From: a virus
Taxonomy: Duplodnaviria; Caudoviricetes
Direction: 5' to 3' (one strand)
DNA: 38,123 nucleotides
Virus record (IMG/VR): IMGVR_UViG_3300010214_000033
Location: 1 to 38,123 of that record
Shown here piece after piece: positions 16,940 to 26,079 of the stretch. The notes under the pieces are model-generated. The model ran no database searches, was not told the origin of the DNA, and saw only the letters and a list, made by a program, of their open reading frames with translations. Numbering within the stretch: position 1 is the stretch's first letter; the number at the start of each line of letters is the position of its first letter. A program made the position numbers and the translations under genes.

Positions 16940-18526
16940 ATGGCAAAAAGCATGATTCTGGGCGCTGACGGCCAGCCCATCGACCTGGCCAGCGTGAACA
17001 CACCGCAGACCTCTCAGCTGGGCCATCTACAGCGCGAGCTGCAGAGCCACCCGACCCGAGGCCTCACGCCTTCCAAGCTGGCCACCATCCTGGACGCGGC
17101 CGAGCAAGGCGACCTCACGGCCCAGTTCGACCTGTTTGAGGACATGGAAGAAAAGGACGGCCACATTGCCAGCGAGATGGGCAAGCGCCGCCGAGCGCTG
17201 ATTCTGGACTGGGAGATCACCGCCCCAGACAACGCCAACGCCCAGGAAAAGCGCAACGCTGAGCAACTGGGCGAGCTGGTGCAGTCCATCCCCGACTTTG
17301 AAGACGTGATCTTTGACGCGACCGACGCTATCGGTAAAGGCTTTGCATGCCTTGAAATGGAATGGCACCGGGCCGAGGGCTTCTGGTTGCCGAAGACCCT
17401 CACGCACCGCCCCCAGTCCTGGTTCCAGCTGCACCGTGGTTACCGACAGGAGCTGCGGCTGCGCACCAACACCACGGACGAGCAAGGCATTCAGGGCGCT
17501 CCGCTCACCCCCTTTGGTTGGGTGACCCACATCCACAAGGCTAAAAGCGGCTACATGGAGCGCACAGCGCTGTTCCGCCAGTTGGTCTGGACCTACCTTT
17601 TCAAGAACTACAGCGTGGGCGACCTGGCTGAGTTTCTTGAGATCTACGGCATCCCCGTGCGTCTGGGCAAGTACCCGCCCAATGCCAGTGAGCGCGAGAA
17701 GGCCACGCTGCTGCGTGCCCTGGTGGGCATTGGCCACAACGCGGCCGGCATCATCCCCGAGGGCATGCTCATCGACTTCAAGGACGCCGCCACCGGCGAC
17801 CCCAAGGCGTTTGAGCTGATGATCAGCTGGTGCGAGCGCAACCAGTCCAAGGTCATTCTGGGCGGCACGCTGACCAGTGGCGCAGATGGCGCGGCCAGCA
17901 CCAATGCACTGGGCAATGTTCACAACGAAGTGCGAAAGGACCTGCGCGACGGCGATATCCGCCAGCTCAATGCCACCATCACCCGCGACCTGGTCTATGC
18001 CATCGCCGCCATGAATGGCCTGGCACCCGATGGCATCAAGCGCTGCCCGCGCTTTGGGTTGATCACCGGCGAGACCGAGGACATCCAGGTGCTGTCCGAA
18101 GCCTTGCCCAAGCTGGTGGGCATCGGCGTGCAGGTTCCGCAGGACTGGGCCAACCAGAAGCTGGGCATCCCCATGCCCCAGCCTGGGCAGGTGGTGCTGG
18201 GCGTGACGCCCGTGGTTCAAACTGTGCCTACGGGTACGGCCGCGCTGACGGCAGTTCTGCCTGGCGCTGCAGCTCAGCCGTTGACGGTGGGCCAGACCAT
18301 GCAGCCGCAGCTGGCCAACAACGTGCAGCAAGCCACAAGCCCCTGGTTTGCGCAAATTCGCAAACTTGTCGAGACGGCTACTAGCCTGGAGCAGATCCGC
18401 GACGGGCTAGAGCAGCTCATCCCCAACATGACGCTAGAGCAGTTTGCCCTGGCCATGGGCGAGGCGATGGCTGCCGCTCATCTGGCCGGGCGCTATGAGG
18501 TGCTGCAGGAAGCAGGAGCCCTCTGA
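16940..18526 (+). CDS. Portal protein (DUF935, Mu gp29)
   Basis: GLTPSKLATIL..AEQGD...DMEEKDGH, FLEIYGIPVRLGKY, ALGNVHNEVR; GAGG RBS before ATG 16940. Confidence 0.92.
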   Translation: MAKSMILGADGQPIDLASVNTPQTSQLGHLQRELQSHPTRGLTPSKLATILDAAEQGDLTAQFDLFEDMEEKDGHIASEMGKRRRALILDWEITAPDNANAQEKRNAEQLGELVQSIPDFEDVIFDATDAIGKGFACLEMEWHRAEGFWLPKTLTHRPQSWFQLHRGYRQELRLRTNTTDEQGIQGAPLTPFGWVTHIHKAKSGYMERTALFRQLVWTYLFKNYSVGDLAEFLEIYGIPVRLGKYPPNASEREKATLLRALVGIGHNAAGIIPEGMLIDFKDAATGDPKAFELMISWCERNQSKVILGGTLTSGADGAASTNALGNVHNEVRKDLRDGDIRQLNATITRDLVYAIAAMNGLAPDGIKRCPRFGLITGETEDIQVLSEALPKLVGIGVQVPQDWANQKLGIPMPQPGQVVLGVTPVVQTVPTGTAALTAVLPGAAAQPLTVGQTMQPQLANNVQQATSPWFAQIRKLVETATSLEQIRDGLEQLIPNMTLEQFALAMGEAMAAAHLAGRYEVLQEAGAL

Positions 18527-19773
18527 TGGCCAGCGCCGCGTTTGGGGCCTTGCCCTTCAGAGAGCAGATCGGCTTTTTTCAGCGCAAGCTGAACCTGCCC
18601 ACCACGGCCTGGACGGACATCTACACCCAGGAGCATGACTATGCGTTTGTGGTGGCGGGTGCCAACCGTGACGCCATCGTCTCCGACTTCCGCGCGGCCG
18701 TGGAAAAGGCCATCGTGGACGGCACCACGCTGGAGGAGTTCCGCCGCGACTTTGACCGCATCGTGGCCAAGCACGGCTGGGACTACAACGGCGGCCGCAA
18801 CTGGCGCAGCCGCGTCATCTACGACACCAACCTTGCCACCAGCTATGCGGCGGGCCGCTGGGAGCAATTGCAGCACGCCCCGTACTGGCAGTATCAGCAC
18901 GCGGACTGGGTGGAGCATCCGCGCCCATTGCACCTCTCCTGGAATGGCATGGTCCTGGCCAAGGACGACCCGTTCTGGCAAACCCATTTCCCGCCCAACG
19001 GCTGGGGTTGCCAGTGCAGCGTCAAAGGCTTGTGGAGTCGCGACCTGGAAAAGCTGGGTAAAACCGGGCCTGACCAGGCTCCCGAGGTCAAGTATGCGGA
19101 GCACATCATTGGCGTGCGCAGCCCCAATGGCCCGCGCACGGTCAAGGTGCCAGAGGGCATCGATCCCGGCTTTGAGTACGCGCCAGGCAGCGCCCGCCTG
19201 CGCAGTGCCATCCCGCCAGAGAGGCCAGATCCCCCCGTGCCTGGCAGTGCTGGCGGCCCCGGCCTGCCCAATCAGCGCCCGACCTGGCCTCTGCCACCGC
19301 CGCGTCCCTTTCCCGCTTCAGACCTGCTGCCAGCGGGCCTGCCTGCCGAAGACTACGCCAGCGCCTACCTGGCCAAGTTTGGGGCCACGCTCACTCAGCC
19401 TGCCGTCTACCAGGACGTGATCGGTGAGCGCCTGGTGGTGGGCGCTGACCTGTTTACCGATGCCAAGGGCAACATCAAGGCCACGAAGCGCGACCGCGAG
19501 GTCTTCATGCCCTTGCTGGCCCAGGCCCTGCAGGAACCTGACGAAATCTGGGTACGCCTTGAGTGGATGCACGCCCAGCAAAAGGCAGTGGTGCGCCGCC
19601 GCTATATCGCAAGGTTTCGGGTGGAGGGCGAAGAAACGCCTGCATTGGCCGTGTTTGAGGTCGGCGGCGATGGCTGGGCTGGCGTGACCACATTCCCCGG
19701 AACTGGGCAAAGCGAAGCCGACTGGCGTGTGGGAGTGAATCTGTATCGCCGTCTGCAGGACGACCAGGAATAA
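18526..19773 (+). CDS. MuF (gp30) head morphogenesis protein with a C-terminal PBECR2-like nuclease domain
   Basis: MuF motifs IYDTN..TSY.AGRW, HPRPLH, PPNGWGCQC; extension LLAQALQEPDEIW...RRRYIARF...GW.GVTTF. Confidence 0.85.
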   Translation: MASAAFGALPFREQIGFFQRKLNLPTTAWTDIYTQEHDYAFVVAGANRDAIVSDFRAAVEKAIVDGTTLEEFRRDFDRIVAKHGWDYNGGRNWRSRVIYDTNLATSYAAGRWEQLQHAPYWQYQHADWVEHPRPLHLSWNGMVLAKDDPFWQTHFPPNGWGCQCSVKGLWSRDLEKLGKTGPDQAPEVKYAEHIIGVRSPNGPRTVKVPEGIDPGFEYAPGSARLRSAIPPERPDPPVPGSAGGPGLPNQRPTWPLPPPRPFPASDLLPAGLPAEDYASAYLAKFGATLTQPAVYQDVIGERLVVGADLFTDAKGNIKATKRDREVFMPLLAQALQEPDEIWVRLEWMHAQQKAVVRRRYIARFRVEGEETPALAVFEVGGDGWAGVTTFPGTGQSEADWRVGVNLYRRLQDDQE

Positions 19774-19850
19774 AAAAGGCCAGCGGAGCGCTCCCCGGCT
19801 GGCCGTGTCACGCAGGGTCGGTGGACAGAGGCGCTGCCTTCTACGTGACA
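19772..19850 (-). ncRNA. Candidate small structured RNA convergent with the MuF-nuclease gene
   Basis: Minus strand TAGAAT (19856-19861), a 10-bp stem with a G-U pair, then a GGCCAGC/GCTGGCC stem plus T6. Confidence 0.5.
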
Positions 19851-19882
19851 AGCCCATTCTACGATGACAGCCAGGAAACACC

Positions 19883-20464
19883 ATGGCCACCCTTACCGGC
19901 GCAAGCATTTCCATCACCGCCAGCGACGACCTCCTGCTGCGTAACCTGCAGGAGCTGGCTGAAGCCCCGGACACCACGCCGCTGATGTACCGCATGGGGG
20001 AGTACTTCGAGGACTCCACCAAACAGCGCTTCAAAACCCAGGTAGGTCCAGATGGGAGCCCCTGGAAGCCCCTCTCTCCCGGCTACATCAAGCGCAAAAA
20101 ACAAAATCAGACGCTGATCCTCACATTGAACGGCTATCTGCGCGGCTACATTGCGCACCAGGTGCTGTCTTCCAGCGAGGTGGCCTGGGGCTCCAATCGC
20201 ATTTATGCCGCCATCCAGCAATGGGGCGGCACCATTGATCAGGCAGCGCAATCGCGTCGGCAACGCTTTCATCTCGTTGATGGAAAGACTCGGTTTGCAG
20301 GTAGGCAGCATGAGAATGCGGCCGAGCGTTGGGTTGAGCGTGGTGCCTATCAAATCGAGATACCGGCCCGACCATATCTCGGTGTTTCAGCGGCTGACAA
20401 CGCCGAAGTCTTGGCCATCGTCCAGGACTGGCTGCATCGCAAGATGAACGGACTGCCCGACTGA
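19883..20464 (+). CDS. Phage virion morphogenesis protein (Mu gpG/gp31)
   Basis: RFKTQVGPDGSPWKPLS, GSNRIYAAIQQWGG, IPARPYLGVS. Confidence 0.9.
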   Translation: MATLTGASISITASDDLLLRNLQELAEAPDTTPLMYRMGEYFEDSTKQRFKTQVGPDGSPWKPLSPGYIKRKKQNQTLILTLNGYLRGYIAHQVLSSSEVAWGSNRIYAAIQQWGGTIDQAAQSRRQRFHLVDGKTRFAGRQHENAAERWVERGAYQIEIPARPYLGVSAADNAEVLAIVQDWLHRKMNGLPD

Positions 20465-20486
20465 CTCCCCGGCCAGGGCGCATCTT

Positions 20487-20506
20487 GTGCCCTCGGCCAA
20501 AAGACC
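20487..20506 (+). promoter_or_regulatory. Late promoter element copy 2 (protease/capsid operon)
   Basis: Exact 20-bp repeat of 12096-12115; GACCAT lies 17 bp downstream. Confidence 0.7.
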
Positions 20507-20527
20507 GCGCAGCCCCGCCCGCAGACC

Positions 20528-21673
20528 ATGGCGGGCATGCCTTCCAAAACTGCTCGCCTCGCTGTCCTGACCGCCGCTGCACTGAGTGCCGCTGTGGCTG
20601 CTTGCAGCTTCACGCTGGGTGACATCAGCACACAGCAGGCCAACGCCAATGGCCGCTACTGGATACAGCTGACACCAGGCCAGGACTTCACACCCAGCGA
20701 CGGCCGCGCCATGGATGTCCCGGCTTGGCGCATCAATGCAGCCATCGCTACTCAAGTCATTAACCGATTCGACGCGGCTCAGCCTCCCGTCATCGACTAC
20801 GAGCACCAGACCCTGCACAAGGAAGCAAACGGTCAGCCCGCGCCTGCTGCTGGCTGGATTCACGGGCTGCGCTGGGCCGAGGGCTCTGGCCTGTTTGCCG
20901 AAGTTGAGTTCACCGCCCGCGCCCTGCAAGCCATTGCCTCTGGTGAGTACCGCTACTTCAGCCCCGTGTTCCTGTATGCGGAAGGCACGGGCGAGGTGCT
21001 CAAAGTGACCATGGGCGCGCTCACGAACCACCCAGCCATCCACGGAATGCAGGCGCTGAACGCCATGCAAGCCGCCGCATCGGCGCAGTTTTCCACCACC
21101 ACCGCACCTACCGAGGAACCCATGCTCCTACTCAAAGCCCTCCTGGCCGTTCTCGGCCTGCCCGACAGCACCACCGAACAGGCCGCTCTGACGGCCGTGC
21201 AAACCCACAAGGACGTGGCCGAGGCCGCCCGCACGGCCCTGGTTCTGAAGGCCGAAGACGGCGCCACCGCCGTCGCGGCAGCCTGCAGCGCCCTGACCAC
21301 CAAGGTGCCCGACCCCGCCAAGTTCGTGCCCGTGGAAACCGTCACTGCCATGCAGGGCCAGCTGGCCGCGTTGACTGCCCAAGCCCAGGCCGCAGAGGTC
21401 GACAAGCTGATCCAGCCCGCGCTGGCCGATGGCCGTCTGCTGCCCGCCATGGAGCCTTGGGCACGCGATCTGGGCAAAAGCAATATGGCCGCACTGACTG
21501 CCTACCTGCAGACAGTCCAGCCCGTCGCAGCGCTGGCCAGCACCCAGACCGGGGGCAAGGCTCCTGCAGCGCTGGCCACCGGCGCACATGGCCTCAGCCA
21601 GGACGAGCTGGCAGCTTGCAGCGCTATGGGCGTTGATCCCGAAGCCTTTGCCAAGACCAAGGCCGCGTCCTGA
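20528..21673 (+). CDS. Prohead protease/scaffold (Mu gpI, gp32); true start may be ATG 20537
   Basis: VIDYEHQTL, PAPAAGWI, EYRYFSPVF, ALTNHPAI. Confidence 0.92.
   Translation: MAGMPSKTARLAVLTAAALSAAVAACSFTLGDISTQQANANGRYWIQLTPGQDFTPSDGRAMDVPAWRINAAIATQVINRFDAAQPPVIDYEHQTLHKEANGQPAPAAGWIHGLRWAEGSGLFAEVEFTARALQAIASGEYRYFSPVFLYAEGTGEVLKVTMGALTNHPAIHGMQALNAMQAAASAQFSTTTAPTEEPMLLLKALLAVLGLPDSTTEQAALTAVQTHKDVAEAARTALVLKAEDGATAVAAACSALTTKVPDPAKFVPVETVTAMQGQLAALTAQAQAAEVDKLIQPALADGRLLPAMEPWARDLGKSNMAALTAYLQTVQPVAALASTQTGGKAPAALATGAHGLSQDELAACSAMGVDPEAFAKTKAAS
21122..21673 (+). CDS. Internal in-frame scaffold protein (Mu gpZ-like)
   Basis: GAGGA RBS before the internal ATG (MLLLKALLAVLGLP), as for Mu I/Z. 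Confidence 0.6.
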   Translation: MLLLKALLAVLGLPDSTTEQAALTAVQTHKDVAEAARTALVLKAEDGATAVAAACSALTTKVPDPAKFVPVETVTAMQGQLAALTAQAQAAEVDKLIQPALADGRLLPAMEPWARDLGKSNMAALTAYLQTVQPVAALASTQTGGKAPAALATGAHGLSQDELAACSAMGVDPEAFAKTKAAS

Positions 21674-21711
21674 ACTCGCGCCATCCCTGACCACCAACGC
21701 TGAGGACCAAC

Positions 21712-22116
21712 ATGCCTAGCCTGACCCAAGACCGAAACACGCCACTCCGTGGCACCCCCTTCATGGTGGCCGACACCGTCGCCGCCGCAATCATGGCTGG
21801 TGCCATGTACACGTTGGACGCCGCAGGCGCAGCCAAGCCCGCCGTGGCGGCCGACAAGAAGCCGGTGCGCGCCGTCTGTGTGGAGCGTGTCGAAGCCGGT
21901 GCCGACCTGGTCAAGGGCGAACGGGCCGTCTTCTGCTTTGAAAACAGCGCGGGGGCGGGTGAGATCAAGCGCCCCGACATTGGGAGCAATGCCTTTGTGG
22001 CCGACGACCACACCGTATCCAAGACCGGCAGCTGCATTGCAGGCGAGATCGTCGATATCGACGACTTTGGCGTGTGGGTGGCCATCGGCACCGCAGCCGT
22101 ACCCACCACGGCCTAA
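21712..22116 (+). CDS. Capsid decoration/cement-like protein
   Basis: Lies between protease and major capsid; LTQDRNTP, DIG...FVADDHTV, GVWV; GAGGA RBS. Confidence 0.75.
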   Translation: MPSLTQDRNTPLRGTPFMVADTVAAAIMAGAMYTLDAAGAAKPAVAADKKPVRAVCVERVEAGADLVKGERAVFCFENSAGAGEIKRPDIGSNAFVADDHTVSKTGSCIAGEIVDIDDFGVWVAIGTAAVPTTA

Positions 22117-22159
22117 GCCCACCCGCAGGCCATTCCCCAATCAACATAGAGGCACAGCA

Positions 22160-23068
22160 ATGCTGATCACTCCTGCAAATCTGAAAACCCTTTTCATTGG
22201 CTACAAGACCGCTTTCGTCGGCACTCTGGGCCAGGCAGCCAGCCAGTACCAACAACTGGCCACTGTTGTTCCCAGTACCACCGGCACCGAAGAGTACGGC
22301 TGGCTCGGCCAGATGCCTGGCATGCGCGAATGGATCGCGGAACGTGTCGTTCACGGCCTGGAAAACCACGGCTACAGCATCAAGAACAAGCCCTTTGAGC
22401 TGACTGTGGCAGTTCCTAAGACTGCCATCGAAGACGACACCCACGGCACCTACACGCCGTTGATGCAAGAACTCGGCCGGTCCGCAGCCGCGCACCCTGA
22501 CGAACTGACTTTCGGTCTCCTCAAGGACGGCGTGTCAGTGAAGTGCTATGACGGCAAGCCCTTCTTTGCGGCCAATCACCCGGTCAAGAATGCGCTGGGC
22601 AAACCGGAATCTGTGGCCAATGCCGACCTGGGTGGCAACGGCCCTCTGTGGTTTGTGCTGGACACATCCCGCGCTATCAAGCCTTTGATCTTCCAGGACC
22701 GCAAGAAGCCCAACTTTGTGGCAATGACCGCTGAGACCGACCCCAACGTCTACAGCAAGGCTCAGTTCGAGTACGGCGTGGACAGCCGCTGCAACGTGGG
22801 CTTTGGCTTCTGGCAGATGGCCTTCGCCAGCAACCAGCCTCTGAACGCTGACAACGTCTGGGCGGCCATCAATGCCATTGAGCAGTGCAAGGGTGACGGC
22901 GGTCGTCCGCTGGGCCTGCGGGCTACGACCTTGGTGGTGCCTACCTCGCTGCAGCGAGTTGCGAACAAGCTGCTGACAGCTGAGCTGGTGCCCAACGCGG
23001 ACGGCACGGCCACCGAGTCCAACGACCTGAAGGACCGCCTGAAGTCTCTGGTTTCGCCCTGGCTGTAA
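22160..23068 (+). CDS. Major capsid protein (Mu gpT)
   Basis: YGWLGQMPGMREW, CYDGKPFFAANHP, KPLIFQDRK, GFGFWQMA; start at ATG 22160 after GAGG. Confidence 0.95.
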   Translation: MLITPANLKTLFIGYKTAFVGTLGQAASQYQQLATVVPSTTGTEEYGWLGQMPGMREWIAERVVHGLENHGYSIKNKPFELTVAVPKTAIEDDTHGTYTPLMQELGRSAAAHPDELTFGLLKDGVSVKCYDGKPFFAANHPVKNALGKPESVANADLGGNGPLWFVLDTSRAIKPLIFQDRKKPNFVAMTAETDPNVYSKAQFEYGVDSRCNVGFGFWQMAFASNQPLNADNVWAAINAIEQCKGDGGRPLGLRATTLVVPTSLQRVANKLLTAELVPNADGTATESNDLKDRLKSLVSPWL

Positions 23069-23082
23069 AGGTCGCTCCCACC

Positions 23083-23619
23083 ATGCCCTACATCTCCCAT
23101 GCAGAGCTGGCCGAGCGCCCAGGCGCTCGTGAGCTGGCCCAGGTGGCCACACCGGACGGTAAGACCGTGATTGCGGACGATCTGATGGACGCCACGCTGC
23201 GCGGGCTTGACCGTGGGGCATGGAGTGCCGAAGACATTGCGGATGCCGATGCAGCCCTGCGCCGCATTGATGACGCCGTGTCTGAGGCCGATGCCGTGAT
23301 TGACGGCTACCTGGCCAAGCGTGGCTATGCCGTGCCCATGGACCTGACAGCCGCATCCACTCGAAAGCTGATTGCAGGCTGGTCCCGCGCCATTGCCCGC
23401 TATCTGCTGCAGAAGGACGGCATCAGCGACGAGAAGACCTCGCCCATTGCCCGCGACTACCGCGACGCTCAGCGCCTGCTGCAGGCCACGGCCGAGGGCA
23501 AGTTCAGCCTGGGCGCGGACGATCCGCAGGCCGGTGGCAGCACAGGTGCCAATACGGACGTGCGCTTCAGCTTCCCTGACCCCGTGTTCAGCCGCCGCCA
23601 GTTGGGGGCCTTCCGATGA
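23083..23619 (+). CDS. Head-tail connector (DUF1320, Mu gp36)
   Basis: ADAVIDGYLAKRGY, IARY.L, RDYRDA.R.L....GK.SLG. Confidence 0.85.
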   Translation: MPYISHAELAERPGARELAQVATPDGKTVIADDLMDATLRGLDRGAWSAEDIADADAALRRIDDAVSEADAVIDGYLAKRGYAVPMDLTAASTRKLIAGWSRAIARYLLQKDGISDEKTSPIARDYRDAQRLLQATAEGKFSLGADDPQAGGSTGANTDVRFSFPDPVFSRRQLGAFR

Positions 23620-24041
23620 GCCTGGTGAATGCCGTCAAACAGCGCCTGAAAGCCGAAACCAGCCTGCGCATGGTGGATGGGGCTCTGGAGCTGGCGGCCG
23701 CGCTAAAAGCCCCGTCTGTGGCAACGCCAGCCGCCTTTGTGGTGCCAATGGCTGACCGACCTGGTGCTGACGCAGCCTTCAGTGGCAGCGTTCTGCAGGC
23801 CGTCGAAACCACGCTTTCCGTCGTGCTGGTCCTGGACAACAAGCGCGACAGCACAGGCAGCGCTGCCAACGACGAGCTGGAGCGGCTGCGAGGCGAGATC
23901 CGTAAAGCCTTGCTTGGCTGGGCACCTGACGGTGTTGACAGCCCACTGACCGCAGGCAGGGGGCAGCTCATCGACTTGGACAACGGCCGGGTCTGGTGGG
24001 GCGACGAATTCCGCATTGAGCACTACTGGAGCAGCAAATGA
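23616..24041 (+). CDS. Tail terminator/completion protein (Mu gp37-like)
   Basis: TPAAFVVP, ALLGWAP, G.VWWGDEF; synteny. Confidence 0.75.
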   Translation: MSLVNAVKQRLKAETSLRMVDGALELAAALKAPSVATPAAFVVPMADRPGADAAFSGSVLQAVETTLSVVLVLDNKRDSTGSAANDELERLRGEIRKALLGWAPDGVDSPLTAGRGQLIDLDNGRVWWGDEFRIEHYWSSK

Positions 24042-24241
24042 GTACCGCCAATGGCAAAGCCAAAGAAGGGCAAACGCCCAGCACTGCCGCAAGAGCCGAT
24101 GCCTCCCTGGCCTTGGTTCAGTCCACGCAGACCGCCACGAATGACGCCACGGACGAGTTCCATGGCCAGGGCGGCCTCTACCAAATCATTGACGGCAAAC
24201 GCCAGCTCGTTGCCGACAAGCCCGTAACTTCCGAGGAGTAA
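24038..24241 (+). CDS. Small hypothetical virion-region protein
   Basis: ATGA coupling, GQGGLY...DGKRQLV; GAGGAG RBS at its end serves the tube gene. Confidence 0.7.
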   Translation: MSTANGKAKEGQTPSTAARADASLALVQSTQTATNDATDEFHGQGGLYQIIDGKRQLVADKPVTSEE

Positions 24242-24243
24242 AC

Positions 24244-25182
24244 ATGGCGAAGTACATCAATAAGCTGGCCATCCTGGCCATGATCGAAGCCGTTTCCGGC
24301 ACCCTGGCCGCTCCCACCGCTGCCCACGCCATTGAAGTCAGCGATGTGACGCTGACGCCACTGGAAGGCGACGAGGCCAGCCAGGGCGTGATCCGCCCTT
24401 ACTTTGGTGCCTCTGAGAAAGTTCTGGTCACCATCTACCGCAAGGTGGCATTCAGCGTGGGCCTGGCCGGTGTGGGCGTGGCAGGCGATCTGCCTGGCTA
24501 CGAAGCGCTGATTCGCGCCTGCGCAGCCAGTGCCACCAATACGCCTGCGCCCAGCCCTACGGCAGGCACTGTGTTCGCCCCGGTCACGGACAACCTGCAG
24601 AGCCTGACCATCATCGCCACGCTCGACAAGCTGGTCTACAAGATGAGCGGCGCACGCGGCAACTGCAAGGCCGTGATTGATGCCAAAGGCATCCCGAAAT
24701 GGCAGTTTGAGTTCACAGGCGCATTCATCCCGGTGGAAGACGCAGCAAGCATGCCTGCCGTGAACTACGCCAAGTTCCAGCGCCCTCTGGGTGTCAATAA
24801 GCTCAACAGCACATTGAGTCTGGACGGCTACCAGGCAGAGGCCAGCAGCTTCAATCTGGACTTCGGCAACAAGGTGGTCAAGCAAGACTTGATGAAGGTG
24901 GACGACACCGACATCACCGGCCGAGAGTCCACTGCCAGCGTGACATTCCGCAATACGACGGTTGCCACCAAAAACTGGATCGAAATGGCCCGCGCAGGCG
25001 TCAAGGTGCCCCTGGCCCTCAAGCACGGCCAGGTCGCGACCAATACGGTGGCCATTGCTGCGCCGCTGGCCCAGGTTGGCAAGCCCAGCTTCAGCGACCA
25101 GGACGGCATCCAGATGATCACCATCCCGCTGACGCTGATCCCCAGCAGTGCAGGCAATGACGAATGGGCCATCACGGTCTGA
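24244..25182 (+). CDS. Major tail tube protein (non-contractile tail)
   Basis: IRPYFGA, GARG, ITGR, C-terminal GNDE; precedes the chaperone and tape measure; no sheath gene. Confidence 0.85.
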   Translation: MAKYINKLAILAMIEAVSGTLAAPTAAHAIEVSDVTLTPLEGDEASQGVIRPYFGASEKVLVTIYRKVAFSVGLAGVGVAGDLPGYEALIRACAASATNTPAPSPTAGTVFAPVTDNLQSLTIIATLDKLVYKMSGARGNCKAVIDAKGIPKWQFEFTGAFIPVEDAASMPAVNYAKFQRPLGVNKLNSTLSLDGYQAEASSFNLDFGNKVVKQDLMKVDDTDITGRESTASVTFRNTTVATKNWIEMARAGVKVPLALKHGQVATNTVAIAAPLAQVGKPSFSDQDGIQMITIPLTLIPSSAGNDEWAITV

Positions 25183-25236
25183 CCGCCACGCCTTGAGCCC
25201 CCAGTTCCCTGAAAAACCGTTTCAAAGAGAGTAGTT

Positions 25237-25722
25237 ATGGCCGTCATCCTTCCGTCCGTCGCCTTCTGGACTTCTGTCACCTTCGCCCGCGTGGGCGACG
25301 ATGGCAAGCCCGAGGTGCTCAAGTTCCGCGCGCGCTTCAAGCGCCTGAAGAAGTCCGAGCGTCTTGCGCTGGACCATCGGATTGCGGTTTCTGGCCTTCT
25401 GCCTGACGTCCGAAAGATGCTGCAGGAAAAGATCGACAACCCCGAAACCGAGGCCGGTACGCGTGATTTCCTGCGAGCACGCCTGGCGGCTCAGCCCACC
25501 AATGACGCCGAGGTCCTCAATGAAGTCTTGGCGGATTGGGACCTGAAGGACCACGAAGGCGGGTTTGTAGCCTATACGCCCGCCACGCGCGCAGAGCTGG
25601 AAGAGGACCTGGATGGCCTGGAAGGCTGCCTAGTCAAAGCCTACCTGGAAGCCACGGGCAAGCCCGTGTCTGTCGAGGACGTGGAAAAAAACTCCGAAGC
25701 GCAGTCCGCCACCACCTCCTGA
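25237..25722 (+). CDS. Tail assembly chaperone (gpG-like)
   Basis: FRARFKRL, VLADWD; ends at slippery site VEKN. Confidence 0.8.
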   Translation: MAVILPSVAFWTSVTFARVGDDGKPEVLKFRARFKRLKKSERLALDHRIAVSGLLPDVRKMLQEKIDNPETEAGTRDFLRARLAAQPTNDAEVLNEVLADWDLKDHEGGFVAYTPATRAELEEDLDGLEGCLVKAYLEATGKPVSVEDVEKNSEAQSATTS

Positions 25723-26075
25723 CCGGGCCGCGCAGCACTGAAGAGGAAGACGCCGAGCTGCGGGAGCAGTGGAAAAAGCTCGGCGTGGACCCCGACCTGG
25801 TCAAGCAAGCCCAGCCACAGGAGATTGAGGAGGACCAGGACGAAGACCTGGAGCTGTCCGTAGATCTCTGGCCCGCATGGGAATGCTTCCTGGCTACCTG
25901 GACCCAGTGGCGCGTGATCGCTGGATTCACCCAGGTGTTCTACGAGGGTATTGATTACGCCTCCCTTCTGGCCGTGATGGACATGCACGGCATCAAGCCC
26001 AAAAAGCGGCGCGCTGTACTCATGCAGGTGCGCATCCTGGAAGACGAAGCGCGCAAGTTGCGCAACAAGCAATAG
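25686..26075 (+). CDS. -1 frameshift extension of the tail chaperone (gpGT-like, DUF1799)
   Basis: A AAA AAC at 25686-25692; -1 frame encodes WPAWECFLATWTQWR...GIDYA...VRILE. Confidence 0.8.
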   Translation, partial: KKLRSAVRHHLLTGPRSTEEEDAELREQWKKLGVDPDLVKQAQPQEIEEDQDEDLELSVDLWPAWECFLATWTQWRVIAGFTQVFYEGIDYASLLAVMDMHGIKPKKRRAVLMQVRILEDEARKLRNKQ

Positions 26076-26079
26076 CACT

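Noticed and set aside
16770-16955. 61-aa Cys-rich ORF between terminase and portal
   Set aside because: Overlaps palindromes and phased tracts better explained as a DNA element; protein unconvincing, though not excluded
21749-22159. N-terminal extension of the major capsid ORF
   Set aside because: Overlaps the decoration gene in another frame; RBS and Mu gpT-like N-terminus point to ATG 22160
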